A stretch of DNA of 64,000 nt from an uncultured Acidobacteriota bacterium (GCA_963816985.1 CAWFMF010000004.1:4503106-4567105), one strand, 5' to 3'; shown: positions 1-9,456, numbered from the stretch's first letter. Numbers and translations are program-made. Notes: a model not told the origin generated them from the sequence alone.

Positions 1-449
1 TTCACTTCGGAGCCGAAGATGTCTTCGTTCTCGATGACGAGAATCTCGCCGAAGCCGATGCCGTACTCGCCGTGCATGTCCAGCTCGTCCGGCAGGAGCG
101 TGTTCGCGGCGTCCAAGCCCTTCTGGATTCCGACGGCGGCCTCGACCGCGTTCGCCACGTTGCCGAAGACGGCGTAGATGTTGTCGGCTTCGAGTTTGAC
201 GATTGCGCCCTCGCGGGCTTCGACTAAGGGGACGGCGATGGAGTGCATGCGTTGGATTTTGGCGAGGAAGTGGATGATGCCGTGGCGGACGGTCTGGCGC
301 GAGAACCCCGACATGTCCATCACCATAATCGCGAGCGTCTCGCCGAAGACCTCGCGGATGCGCCCGTCAATCTCGGCGCAACGCTCCGGCTCCTCGTTCC
401 GCTCGCGCAGGAACTTGTAGAGCCTCTCCCTCGTCCGCTGGTTAATCAT
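1..449 (-). CDS. class III adenylate/guanylate cyclase domain protein (N-terminal part; C-terminus lies beyond window start)
   Basis: Reverse-strand translation from ATG at 449 reads MINQRTRERL...AIMVMDMSGFS...NIYAVFG...GIGFGEILVIE. This resembles the FADIVGFT, AVFG and IGIHTGE-like motifs of class III nucleotidyl cyclases. Absent from the ORF track because it is truncated at the window edge. Confidence 0.5.
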   Translation of the reverse strand, partial: MINQRTRERLYKFLRERNEEPERCAEIDGRIREVFGETLAIMVMDMSGFSRQTVRHGIIHFLAKIQRMHSIAVPLVEAREGAIVKLEADNIYAVFGNVANAVEAAVGIQKGLDAANTLLPDELDMHGEYGIGFGEILVIENEDIFGSEV

Positions 450-1499
450 TTAAGACTTTGACCCCGCCGCGCGCTCGACCATCTCGTTGTTGCGCACCGC
501 CGCGCGGTCGCTGAGCGTCGTCAGAATCGAGGGCGCGAGCGCCGACTCGCTGTCGCGGCCCTTGGCGCGCTTGCGACCGATGCCGCCGGGCGCGGGCAGG
601 AGCCGGTTGACGAGCGCGAGCACATCGGCGGAGGCTTCCGGAAAGAGCTGGTGGAATTTGATGGCGGCGACGGCCTGCGTCGTGATGATGAGTTCGGCCT
701 CTCCGCGCTTGCAGGCGGCGACTATCTGTCGCGCGGCGCGCTCGGCCTGAATCGAAGTCACGGGCAGCGCGTCGCTGATGGCGAACCAGGCGTATTCGGC
801 GCGGTGCTGCCCTTTGAAGGTCGCGTTGCGCGGGCTGCCCGTCCGCATCAAGCCCGGACAGACGGTGGTGACGACGATGCCGTCCTTCGCCAGCTCCGCC
901 CTCATCCCTTCGGAGAGCCCCGCGAGCGCGAACTTGCTCGCGCTGTATGGAACGAGGTGCGGGACGGAGATTTTGCCGCCGACGGAGGAGATGTTGACGA
1001 TGCGCCCCTCGCCTCGCTCGCGCATTTGCGGCACGACGGCGAGCATCAAGTAAAGCGGCCCCCAGAAGTGGACGGCCATCGCCTGCTCGTAGTCTTCTAA
1101 GGTCATCACCTCGACTGGGCCGACCTGAATCACCCCGGCGTTGTTGACCAGAACGTCAATCCGCCCGAAGTGGCCCGTCACGACCTCGACCAGCTCTTTG
1201 ACCTGCGACCTGTCCGTCACGTCGCACGGGACGGCGAGGACGTGCGCGCCCTGCGCCGAGAGTTCGGCCTGCGCTCTTTCAAGCTCCTCGCGGTCGCGCG
1301 CGCAGATGGCGACGCTCGCGCCCTCGCGCGCGAACTCTCGCGCCATCACGAGGCCGAGCCCGCGCGAGCCGCCCGTGATGAGGACGGTCTTGCCGCGCAG
1401 TTCATACGACTGACTGCGTTTGAAAAACGCGCGCGCCGCGAAGAGCGCGCCCGCGCCGACCGCCGCCAACATCAGAGCCTTCTTCTCTTTCTCCTTCAT
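450..1499 (-). CDS. SDR family oxidoreductase with N-terminal membrane anchor
   Basis: 349-aa ORF with TGxxxGxG (LITGGSRGLG), NNAG and YxxxK (YSASK) motifs typical of short-chain dehydrogenases. Hydrophobic N-terminus. Confidence 0.85.
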   Translation of the reverse strand: MKEKEKKALMLAAVGAGALFAARAFFKRSQSYELRGKTVLITGGSRGLGLVMAREFAREGASVAICARDREELERAQAELSAQGAHVLAVPCDVTDRSQVKELVEVVTGHFGRIDVLVNNAGVIQVGPVEVMTLEDYEQAMAVHFWGPLYLMLAVVPQMRERGEGRIVNISSVGGKISVPHLVPYSASKFALAGLSEGMRAELAKDGIVVTTVCPGLMRTGSPRNATFKGQHRAEYAWFAISDALPVTSIQAERAARQIVAACKRGEAELIITTQAVAAIKFHQLFPEASADVLALVNRLLPAPGGIGRKRAKGRDSESALAPSILTTLSDRAAVRNNEMVERAAGSKS

Positions 1500-1530
1500 C
1501 TCACTTTCTCCAACGTCACAAGGGGGACGT

Positions 1531-1782
1531 TCACAGCATCAGCGCCAACAGCACGGCGACGCTGACCGCAACGACGATGGCCGCGAGGATTCTCGAAAGC
1601 TTAAGGCGGATTTTGGGGAAGAACCAGTAGGCGACGAGCGCGACCGCGAGGAACGAGAGGCCGCCCGCCGTCGGCGCGGGCAGTCGCAAACGGTGGAGCA
1701 ACGTGTACATCACCACCACGACGGACGGCAAAAGCATCGCCGCCCAACCCAACCAAGCGCCATTCTTGCTTTCGTACTGCAT
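1531..1782 (-). CDS. small hypothetical membrane protein (2 predicted TM helices)
   Basis: Internal start MQYESKNGAWLGW... of the 1531..1938 ORF has an ATG at 1782. The upstream part of that ORF is Gly/Ala/Arg-rich wrong-frame-like. Two hydrophobic helices. Confidence 0.4.
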   Translation of the reverse strand: MQYESKNGAWLGWAAMLLPSVVVVMYTLLHRLRLPAPTAGGLSFLAVALVAYWFFPKIRLKLSRILAAIVVAVSVAVLLALML

Positions 1783-1826
1783 GACAACTTCCCTCCGTGT
1801 TCCCAAAAAAAACCTTGATCCCCTCT

Positions 1827-2594
1827 TCACGAAAAATCGGCCACCACCGGCGTGTGATCCGAAGGCCGCTCCCAGCCGCGCGGCTCCTTGTCTATCCAGC
1901 TCCGGCGGCAGCGCGCCGCCAGCGGCTCCGAGACCCACACGTGGTCAATCCTCAAACCCGTGTTGCGCTGGAACGAGCCCGCGCGGTAGTCCCACCACGA
2001 AAAGTGCCCGCCCTCCGTGACGTGCTGCCGGAAGGCGTCGGTGAAGCCCCACTCTTTGATTGTCTCAAGCGCCTCGCGTTCGGGGCGGCTGAAGAGAATC
2101 CGCCCGCGCCAAAGGGCCGGGTCGTGCACGTCCCTCTCTTCGGGCGCGACGTTGAAGTCGCCGCACAGCAGCGCCTCGTCGTCCGTCCAGTATTCGTCGT
2201 CGAGGAAGGCGCGCAGCCGCCGCATCCATTCGAGCTTGAACTTGTACTTGTCAGTCCCGACCGCCTGCCCGTTCGGGACGTAGACGTTGACGATGCGGAC
2301 GCCCTCGACCGTCGCGGCCAGAAGGCGCGCGTGCGCCCCCTCTTCGTCGTCGGGGAGTCCGCGCCGCACGTCCTCGGCGGGCGCGCGCGACAAGATAGCG
2401 ACGCCGTTATAGGTCGGCTGGCCGAAGACCTCGGAGCGGTAGCCGAGCGCGGCGAACTCAGCCGCCGGGAAGCGTTCGTCCGTGCACTTCACCTCCTGCA
2501 AACACAGGACGTCGGGCCGCGCCTCTTCGAGCCAGCGCGAGACGAGCGGCAGCCGCGCCAGCACCGAGTTCACATTCCATGTCGCGATTTTCAC
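1827..2594 (-). CDS. xthA: exodeoxyribonuclease III
   Basis: 255 aa. [10 protein letters not shown]...LCLQE...GDFN...SDH, the classic Xth/APE1 EEP-fold signature. Confidence 0.9.
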   Translation of the reverse strand: MKIATWNVNSVLARLPLVSRWLEEARPDVLCLQEVKCTDERFPAAEFAALGYRSEVFGQPTYNGVAILSRAPAEDVRRGLPDDEEGAHARLLAATVEGVRIVNVYVPNGQAVGTDKYKFKLEWMRRLRAFLDDEYWTDDEALLCGDFNVAPEERDVHDPALWRGRILFSRPEREALETIKEWGFTDAFRQHVTEGGHFSWWDYRAGSFQRNTGLRIDHVWVSEPLAARCRRSWIDKEPRGWERPSDHTPVVADFS

Positions 2595-2736
2595 CTGCCG
2601 CCATCATAGCTCCTGCCGCGAAGATTTTGTAGGGGTTCGACTGCGTGTGCCGTAAATGTGAGACTCCCGCAACAATTTGTGACGCGCAGCCGTCGGCGTT
2701 AAGATTCGGGCTGACGAATCAAGACGAAGGGAAGAC

Positions 2737-3198
2737 GTGTTTGAAATGACTCTCAGACTCTGCGGCCAACGCGCCGCGCTGTTCGCCTGTGCGCTCCTCC
2801 TCGCCGGAAGCTCTTCCGCCGCCCCGAACTTCAACCGCGCCGACGCGCCGCAACGCGAAGGGCGGCTCGCGACGCCGGACGATTTGAGATGCCCGCGCGA
2901 CAACACGACCTCGTTCACGGGCCGCGTGCTGGCTTACAGCCGTGGGCGCGGTCGCGTCCTTATCCGCGTGCGGACGGACGAGGAGACGACCGAGCAGTTC
3001 ACCTTGAGCTACGGGCGGCGCGGCGACCCTTCGAGCCTCTTCCGCCTGAGGGGCGAGCGGTTCGGAAGTCTCGACTGGCGGAAGATAGAGACGCGCAACG
3101 GGAGACTGAGGCCGGGGATGCGCGCGACCGTCTGGGCCTGCTATGCGGGAGATAAGCTGACGGCGGAGAGGATTAACTGGATGCCGCCGGAGAGCTGA
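2737..3198 (+). CDS. hypothetical secreted protein
   Basis: 153-aa ORF with an N-terminal signal peptide (LFACALLLAGSSSA). No recognisable domain. Confidence 0.5.
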   Translation: MFEMTLRLCGQRAALFACALLLAGSSSAAPNFNRADAPQREGRLATPDDLRCPRDNTTSFTGRVLAYSRGRGRVLIRVRTDEETTEQFTLSYGRRGDPSSLFRLRGERFGSLDWRKIETRNGRLRPGMRATVWACYAGDKLTAERINWMPPES

Positions 3199-3225
3199 CA
3201 CAGAGACAGACAAAAAGCTGTTTGG

Positions 3226-3436
3226 TAGCCCCTGCAAGGGGCGAAAGAATTTAGCCGACGGGCGTCAGCCGTGGGAACAAGAATCGGTAAAACGTCGAAG
3301 CCCCTGAAGGGGGCGAAAGACATCAGACGTTGAATGTCTTTCGCCCCTTTCAGGGGCTCACAAATTATGTCGCCACGTCATTCCCCACGGCTTGCGCCCC
3401 TCGTCTAAATTCTTTCGCCCCCTCCGGGGGCTTTTT
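3226..3436. repeat. composite palindromic hairpin-cluster element (copy A1)
   Basis: Nested inverted repeats:
- a small CCCCTGCAAGGGG hairpin at 3229..3241
- a central near-perfect palindrome gcccctgaagggggcgaaagacat...atgtctttcgcccctttcaggggc at 3300..3357
- a terminal gccccctccgggggc hairpin at 3417..3431
- flanking imperfect IR ggcgaaagaatttag.../...ctaaattctttcgcc
Sits at a convergent gene junction. Confidence 0.6.
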
Positions 3437-3447
3437 CAAAAGTTTGC

Positions 3448-3960
3448 TTACTGCTTCCGCGCGCCGCTTCCCTTTTCGACGCGCAGGCCGACGGCCTTCC
3501 ACGCGTCGAAGCCGCCGAGTAAGGCGGCGGTCTCTTTGATTCCTTTGTGCTTGAGGAAGGACGCCACACGGGCGCTCGCGTGTTCGGCGGGTCAAGAGCA
3601 GTAGGCGACGACGAGCTTACCTTTCGGCAACTCGACGGCGTGCGCCGCCCAGTCGTCTTCGGGGACGGAGAACGCGCCCGCGATGTGCTCCGCTTCGTAA
3701 GCCTCGGACGGGCGCACGTCGGCCACGACGGCGCGGCCTTCGTCCAGAGCCTTCTTCAACTCCTCTACCGTCATCCTCGGAATCCGCGCGAAGGGGTCTG
3801 AAGACTTCTCGACGGAAACATCCGGCGCTTCCGTCTTCTTCGACTGCGCGCCCGCGTCGCCGGTCTCGACGCCGCCGCTCTTACGGCAGGTCGCGGCGGA
3901 AAACAGAGAGAGCGTGACGAAGAGCGCGCAGACGTAAGCGGCGTGGCGCATCGGATTCAT
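3448..3960 (-). CDS. rhodanese-domain sulfurtransferase lipoprotein interrupted by an in-frame TGA (3592..3594)
   Basis: The 3592..3960 ORF has a lipobox (LFSAATC) and a rhodanese fold ending VVAYCS-stop. The same frame continues directly as PAEHASARVASFLKHKGIKETAALLGGFDAWKAVGLRVEKG to a TAA at 3448..3450, which is a classic rhodanese C-terminal half. Confidence 0.6.
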
Positions 3961-4038
3961 CCTTCTTTAAAAAATAGGGAGCGCCCGGCGTGGGGCGCTC
4001 CCTTCGTGTTCGACGGGCAAGGGGCGAGACGGCTCGCC

Positions 4039-5115
4039 TTACTTGCCCTGCCGGTAAGTCGCCCACATGCTGTCGGAGCGCGTGGACTGGCCCGCCGTGA
4101 ACTTGTACATGCAGAAGTCGTCGGTGTAGTCCATGAAGTTCTCGATGGGGTCGTTGCCGGGGTACTGACCGCCCTTGCAGGTGTTGCGGCCCGCCGGGCA
4201 GCCGAAGGCGTTGGAACGCTCGGCGGGAGTGTCGCTCACGCCGTCGTTGGTGGCGGTGCAGCCGCCCTGAAACGTGTGGTAGAGGCCGAGCCAGTGGCCG
4301 ACCTCGTGCGTCGCGGTGTCGCCGAGGTTGTAGGGCGTGTAGTTGCTGCCCGGCAGAGAGGCCCAGTAGCAGACCACGCCGTCCATCAAAGGCCGCGCCG
4401 TGTACTCGTTCGGGAAGGTCGCCCAGCCGAGGTAGCCGCCGCCGCTGTTGGTGTAGAAGTTGAGGTCGTCGGCGGTTCCCTGATGAAGCGCGTTCTTCAT
4501 CGCCGTCTCCGCCGCCGTGCCCGGCCCGGCGGAGTACCAAGACGAACTGACCGTGTAGTTGACCCCGGCGAGGACGAAGCGGAACGGGGTGTTCGCGCCG
4601 ATGCCGGGCGTGAGGACGCCACTCTGATTCGGGCCGAGACCGGCGTAGGCGTTGTTCATGACATTGATCTGACTTTGGAGCGACGAGGTCGGGACGAAGC
4701 CCGTGCCGGAACTGCCGGCGACACCGTTCTGCTGGACGACGTGGAAGTAGACGTTGATGCTGATGGAGCCGGGCGCGGCCAGCGCGCTCACGTCGCCGCC
4801 GTCACCGCCCGTGCCGCCGCCGCCGCCGGGAGCCTTGCCGTTGGCCTTCGCCGCTTCTTTATCAATCTTTGCGACCTCGAACTCATCGAGGTGCTTGACG
4901 GCGCAGCGGCGACCGTTCTCGGCGAAGTCCTTCTTCGAAGCGAAGACCACCCCGTCGGGAGCGACGACCGTGCCGTCTTCCTGCTCCGCCGGGCGATGGC
5001 CGGGGTCCTGCTTGTCGCCCTTCGAGGCGAGCGTCTGGACGGTCGGCATCATCGAGAGGACGAGCGCCAGTCCGAGGGTGAAGATCGCTGCTGCGGCGAG
5101 TAACTTACGTTTCAT
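4039..5115 (-). CDS. zinc metallopeptidase, M43 (pappalysin/ulilysin-like) family, secreted
   Basis: 358 aa with a signal peptide. HEVGHWLGLYHTF zinc-binding motif plus DPIENFMDYTDD, characteristic of the M43B family. Confidence 0.85.
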   Translation of the reverse strand: MKRKLLAAAAIFTLGLALVLSMMPTVQTLASKGDKQDPGHRPAEQEDGTVVAPDGVVFASKKDFAENGRRCAVKHLDEFEVAKIDKEAAKANGKAPGGGGGTGGDGGDVSALAAPGSISINVYFHVVQQNGVAGSSGTGFVPTSSLQSQINVMNNAYAGLGPNQSGVLTPGIGANTPFRFVLAGVNYTVSSSWYSAGPGTAAETAMKNALHQGTADDLNFYTNSGGGYLGWATFPNEYTARPLMDGVVCYWASLPGSNYTPYNLGDTATHEVGHWLGLYHTFQGGCTATNDGVSDTPAERSNAFGCPAGRNTCKGGQYPGNDPIENFMDYTDDFCMYKFTAGQSTRSDSMWATYRQGK

Positions 5116-5467
5116 TCAATTCCTCCAAAAAGTCTCTGAGTGGATGGTGGTGGGCATGGACGCCGGCCTGTCGGGGAGACCGGCCAAAACCCCGTGGTCG
5201 TTTTTCGCGCATCGGCTGAAAGATGCCACTTAAGAATGAAAACCGCCTGCGAAGCGAACACACACTTCCCCCGGCGAGGGGCTCGGCGCTGGTTCGCGTT
5301 TAAAACAAAGAGCTGTGAGGTGAGCAGCTATAAGAGAAATTTGGGGTCAAGGGCGAGTTGCACTTATAAATGGATTCGCGCCGGGTGTCAACCGCCGCGA
5401 GCCCGCCCGCCGTTCCGGGGTCGAAACGTCCGAGGCCGTAGCGGACGGACACACCACACGCGCTTCT

Positions 5468-6274
5468 TCAGAAACGCTTTTCGAGGAGCGTGCGCGCCTC
5501 GGCCACGACCTGTTTGTATTCGGGCACGTAGTCGGGGTGCGGCTTGAGCTTGAAGATGGCGTCCAACTGCTTGCGCGCGTCCGGGGCGCGCTTCACGTCG
5601 AGGTACGCCTCGGCCAGCCGCAGACGCAGCATCGCGTTGTCCTCGCCGAACCGTAAGCCCTTCTCCAGATTCTCGACGGCCCGCTCGCGGCTGCCGCCGA
5701 ACATCTCCGGCAGCTCAAGGTCAATCTGTCCGAGGGCGAGGTACGCGCTCCCTCCCTGAAAGCCCTCGTCGAGTCGAATCACCGTCTCCATCTCCTTCCG
5801 GATGTCGGGCAGCGAGGCGAGGGCGTAGAGCGGCCCTTCGAGGCGCGCGCGCCCGCCCAGATTCGCGCCGAGCCAGAAATGGCCTTCGGGCTTATTCGCT
5901 TCGAGCCGCACGGCGGCCTCACCCGCCGCGATGCCCTCGCGGAAGGCCTCGGCCCGCCGCGTCTTCTCGTCCTCCTTCTCGTGCTCGCCGAGGTAGTAGC
6001 TGAACTTCGAAAGCTTCCACGCCGCCTCGTAGTTGCCGGTGTCCGCGAAGCGCGCGCGGCGCATGACGGCGACGGCCTCGCGCACCCGCTCGACGGATTC
6101 GCGCTGCGCGTAGAGCTGTTCGGCCTGCGCGAAAAGTTCTGAGAGGTTGACCCTCTCGGCGTTCGCTTCGGGTGGCCGCGCCTCCTCCGACGAGCACGAG
6201 AGCGCGAGCCCGGCGAGGGTGGCGAGGGCGAGAAACGTGAGCGTCTGAAAGTGTCGGCGCGGGGGACGCGGCAT
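5468..6274 (-). CDS. TPR-like repeat lipoprotein
   Basis: Internal start MPRPPRRHFQTLTFLALATLAGLALSCSS (lipobox) within the 5468..6385 ORF. Helical TPR-like repeats (AEAYL, YALASL, AWKLSKFSYYLGE). Confidence 0.55.
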   Translation of the reverse strand: MPRPPRRHFQTLTFLALATLAGLALSCSSEEARPPEANAERVNLSELFAQAEQLYAQRESVERVREAVAVMRRARFADTGNYEAAWKLSKFSYYLGEHEKEDEKTRRAEAFREGIAAGEAAVRLEANKPEGHFWLGANLGGRARLEGPLYALASLPDIRKEMETVIRLDEGFQGGSAYLALGQIDLELPEMFGGSRERAVENLEKGLRFGEDNAMLRLRLAEAYLDVKRAPDARKQLDAIFKLKPHPDYVPEYKQVVAEARTLLEKRF

Positions 6275-6500
6275 GGGCTTTAATCCTTTTTTCGGGGCAA
6301 ATGCGGGGCGCACGGGCGCGAAGTATAGCACCCCGGCGGCGGGCGAGGCGACGATTGCCGCCGAACGCCCGGAGCCCGGAGGCACTTGGCGGCTTACGCA
6401 AACGTGGCCGGATGGGTTAATATTTTTTCCCTACAGATATAAACGAAGTCCGAAGAATTTAAGCACCATCTCTGACTTTCGCAAACGACTCGTTGGAGGA

Positions 6501-7169
6501 GTGGCCGTGGCCGCCGCCGCATTTTACGACTTGGAAGGGACGCTCGTGAGCACGAACCTCGTGCACACGCTCGGCTTCTATTCGCGCAACCAGCAGGGGC
6601 TCCTGCGCAGCATCCGCAAGAGCGCCTCGACGCTCCTCAGCATCCCCGTCTTCGCCGTCACCGACCAGTACAGCCGGATGGTCTTCAACGACATCTTCTT
6701 CAAGCGTTACAAGGGCGAGTCGGAAGACCGCCTCCGCTTCTTCGCCGAAGAACTCTTCGAGGACGTTTTGAAGCCCGCCGTCTTCCCCGGCGCGTTCTCG
6801 CTCATCGAGAAGTCCAAGAGCCTCGGCCTCCGGCAAGTCGTCGTCACCGGCGCGCTCGACATGTCGGTCAAGCCTTTGATGGACTACCTCGGCATTGACG
6901 ACTACGTGGCGAACCAGCTCGAATTCGTCAACGGCGTGGCGACGGGCCGTCTCGTCCCGCCCGTCCTCGCCTCGGCGACGAAGGCTTCGTGGATACGCAC
7001 CTTCGCCGAGCGCGAAGGCATCAACCTCAGCGCGTCCTTCGCCTACAGCGACAGCATGAGCGACCTGCCCATGCTCTCCGTCGTCGGCCACCCGGCGGCG
7101 GTCAACCCCGACATGCGCCTCCGCCAGACGGCGCTGCACCACGACTGGCCGATTCTTAATTTGAAATAG
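6501..7169 (+). CDS. HAD-IB family hydrolase (phosphoserine-phosphatase-like)
   Basis: Motif I FYDLEGTLVS (DxDGT-like) and a C-terminal SDSxxDLPML (motif IV). The start is uncertain: GTG at 6501 lies directly after a GGAGGA. The ORF-track start at 6273 overlaps the opposite-strand gene and is unlikely. Confidence 0.7.
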   Translation: MAVAAAAFYDLEGTLVSTNLVHTLGFYSRNQQGLLRSIRKSASTLLSIPVFAVTDQYSRMVFNDIFFKRYKGESEDRLRFFAEELFEDVLKPAVFPGAFSLIEKSKSLGLRQVVVTGALDMSVKPLMDYLGIDDYVANQLEFVNGVATGRLVPPVLASATKASWIRTFAEREGINLSASFAYSDSMSDLPMLSVVGHPAAVNPDMRLRQTALHHDWPILNLK

Positions 7170-7247
7170 TTCAAGGTTCAAAGTTCAAGGTTCAAAGTTA
7201 AGAACCTGTCTTTCGACTTTGAACTTTGAACTTTAAACTTTGAACTG
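7168..7247. terminator. AT-rich hairpin built from 7-nt tandem repeats (ggttcaa/agttcaa versus ctttgaa)
   Basis: agttcaaggttcaaagttcaaggttcaaagtt ... actttgaactttgaactttaaactttgaact. The two arms are reverse complements. Located between the HAD stop and the LarA-like start. Confidence 0.5.
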
Positions 7248-7253
7248 ATAAAG

Positions 7254-8853
7254 ATGAGCCTACAACTACGAAGAAAAGTTCACGAGTCCGTGGTCTACAT
7301 TGACCGCGACAGCGCGCCGCGCATCATCTCTTCGGGCGTGGATTTCGTGCTGGAAGATTTGCCGGTGGGGACGCGCGTCATCTACCCGAACCAGCCGATT
7401 AAGGGCTTGCCGAACCGCGAGGCGGCAATCCGTTACGCCCTCAACCACCCGCACGACTGCGACCCGCTCTTCGCGCAGTTGGAGCCGGGCATGAGGGTGA
7501 CGATTGCGATTGACGACCTGAGTATGCCCCTGCCGCCGATGAAGGCCCCGGACATCCGCCAGACCGCGCTCGAAATCCTCGTTGACATGCTCCACGGGCA
7601 CGGCGTGGACGACATCCATCTCATCATCGCCATCTCGCTCCACCGGCGGATGACCGAAGGCGAGATTAAGCGCATGGTCGGCAAGCGCGTCTTCGACGCC
7701 TTCTACCCCGACCGCCTCTACAACCACGACGCCGAGGAGCCGGACGGGCTCGTCTCGCTCGGCGAGACGCGGCACAAAGAGCCCCTGCGCATCAACCGTC
7801 GCGCCGCCGAGAGCGACCTGCTTAATTTATCTTAACTACAACTTCGTCCCGATGAACGGCGGACACAAGTCGGTCGCCGTGGGCCTGTGCGACTACGAGT
7901 CGCTCCGCCCGCACCACGACCCGCAGACCATCCGCGACTCCGACAGCTACATGGACCCCGGCAACTCGGAGCTGACGCGCAAGATTAACCGCCTCGGCAA
8001 ACTCGTGGACGAGCACCTCAACGTCTTCCACATCGAGACGACCGTCAACAACCGCATGTTCGCGGGCGAGATGAGCTTCCTCACCAAGAACGAGGACAAC
8101 TTCTCGGCCTACGAGCGGATGAAGTACGAGGCCGTGCGCTTCACGATGAGCAAGATGCCGCGCCCCGCGCGCCTCAAGCTCTTCAACTCGCTGCAAGCCG
8201 ACTACGAGATGATTGCCTGCGAGGCGGGCCGCACCGAACCCGTCCACGACCGCATCATCGAGAAGAGCATGCAGCAGTACGTCGTCCCCATCGAGGGCCA
8301 GTGCGACATCCTCATCTGCCCCGTGCCGGAGATTTCGCCCTACAACGTCTACACGAACTTGAACCCCCTGCTCGTCCAGACGATGGCGCTCGGCTACCAC
8401 TTCAACATGTACCGGGGCAAGCCGCTGTTGAAGAAGGGCGGCACTCTCATCGTCCATCACCCCTGTTACGACGAGTTCGACCACGTGCAGCACCCCAGCT
8501 ACATCGAGTTCTTCAACCGCCTCCTGCCGGAGACGCGCGACGCCTTCGAGCTGATGAACAAGTACGAGCGCGAGTTCGCCACCAACCCCAGCTACATCGA
8601 GATGTACCGGCGCGGCAACGCCTACCATGGCGCGCACCCGTTTTACATGTGGTACTGGGGCGAGAACGGTCGCCAGCACGTGGGCCGCGTCATCGCCGCC
8701 GGGGCCGAGAACGCGCACGTCCCCGCACGCATGGGCTGGGAGCGCGCCGACAACCTGACCGAAGCCATCGCCATGGCCCGCAGCTACATGGGCCGCTCCG
8801 CCGAAATCACGATGCTCCACCAGCCGGTCATCGCCATCTGCGATATGAGCTAG
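7254..8853 (+). CDS. LarA-like (DUF2088, lactate racemase N-terminal domain family) protein, split by an apparent frameshift near 7820..7835
   Basis: ORF 7254..7835 reads ...AIRYALNHP...[13 protein letters not shown]...IAISLHR...[15 protein letters not shown]...[11 protein letters not shown], the LarA N-domain pattern. ORF 7852..8853 is in the +1 frame; its upstream extension reads [22 protein letters not shown], matching the LarA DLVI...EPH...GFSGG(R)KS block. The junction lies in the AT-rich tract cttaatttatcttaac. Confidence 0.6.
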
Positions 8854-8877
8854 ACAGAGCGCGAGTGAGGAGTTGTT

Positions 8878-9456
8878 ATGAGCAGTACAGACGCCAAGTT
8901 GATGACCGCTGACGAGCTGCTTGCGTTGCCCAATTACGTGGACGGGAGCGACCGCCGGTATGAGTTGATAAGAGGGGAGCTGCGAACAATGTCTCCGACT
9001 AAGCCGCTGCACGGCGTGATGTGTGGCCGCCTCACGGTTAAGGTAGGAAATTTTGTGGAAGAGCGCGAGTTGGGCGAAGTCTTCGGCGCGGAAACAGGGT
9101 TCCTCGTTCAAACAGACCCTGATTCGATTATCGCCGCGGATATGGCTTTTGTCAGTAGAGAGCGTTTGGCGACGGCTGAGACTTTGGAAAAGTTCTTTCC
9201 GTTCGCGCCCGATTTAGCGGTGGAAGTTTTAAGTCCCTCAAATACGGTCAACGAGATTGACGAGAAGATTGCTTTCTACTTCGCCGCAGGGGCGCGATTA
9301 GTCTGGATAGTCAACCCGAAAAGGCGTACCGTTGCGGTCTACAGCTCCGAGGTCGAAGTCCGCATCCTCGGCGAAGCCGAGACGCTCGAAGGCGGCGACG
9401 TGCTGCCCGGTTTCAGCTACGAGCTTTCGCGGCTGTTCGCCTCCGTCAAGCGTTGA
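8878..9456 (+). CDS. Uma2 family endonuclease (DUF820, restriction-endonuclease-like fold)
   Basis: 192 aa. YELIRGEL...ETGF...PDLAVEVLSPSN...YF..G...VWIV is the typical Uma2 pattern. Locally reduced GC and atypical codons (ata, aga, tta). Confidence 0.8.
   Translation: MSSTDAKLMTADELLALPNYVDGSDRRYELIRGELRTMSPTKPLHGVMCGRLTVKVGNFVEERELGEVFGAETGFLVQTDPDSIIAADMAFVSRERLATAETLEKFFPFAPDLAVEVLSPSNTVNEIDEKIAFYFAAGARLVWIVNPKRRTVAVYSSEVEVRILGEAETLEGGDVLPGFSYELSRLFASVKR

Noticed and set aside
3365-3595. 76-aa minus-strand ORF (MTRRTRERPCG...)
   Set aside because: It is the +1 frame of the rhodanese C-terminal half. The rhodanese frame carries the homology.
5140-5547. 135-aa ORF in the intergenic region upstream of the M43 protease
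   Set aside because: Arg-rich, with no RBS or domains. More likely promoter or UTR sequence.
6273-6500. N-terminal 76 codons of the 6273..7169 ORF as part of the HAD protein
   Set aside because: That region overlaps the opposite-strand lipoprotein start, and the HAD motif I appears only after about 6500. It is treated as leader or promoter.
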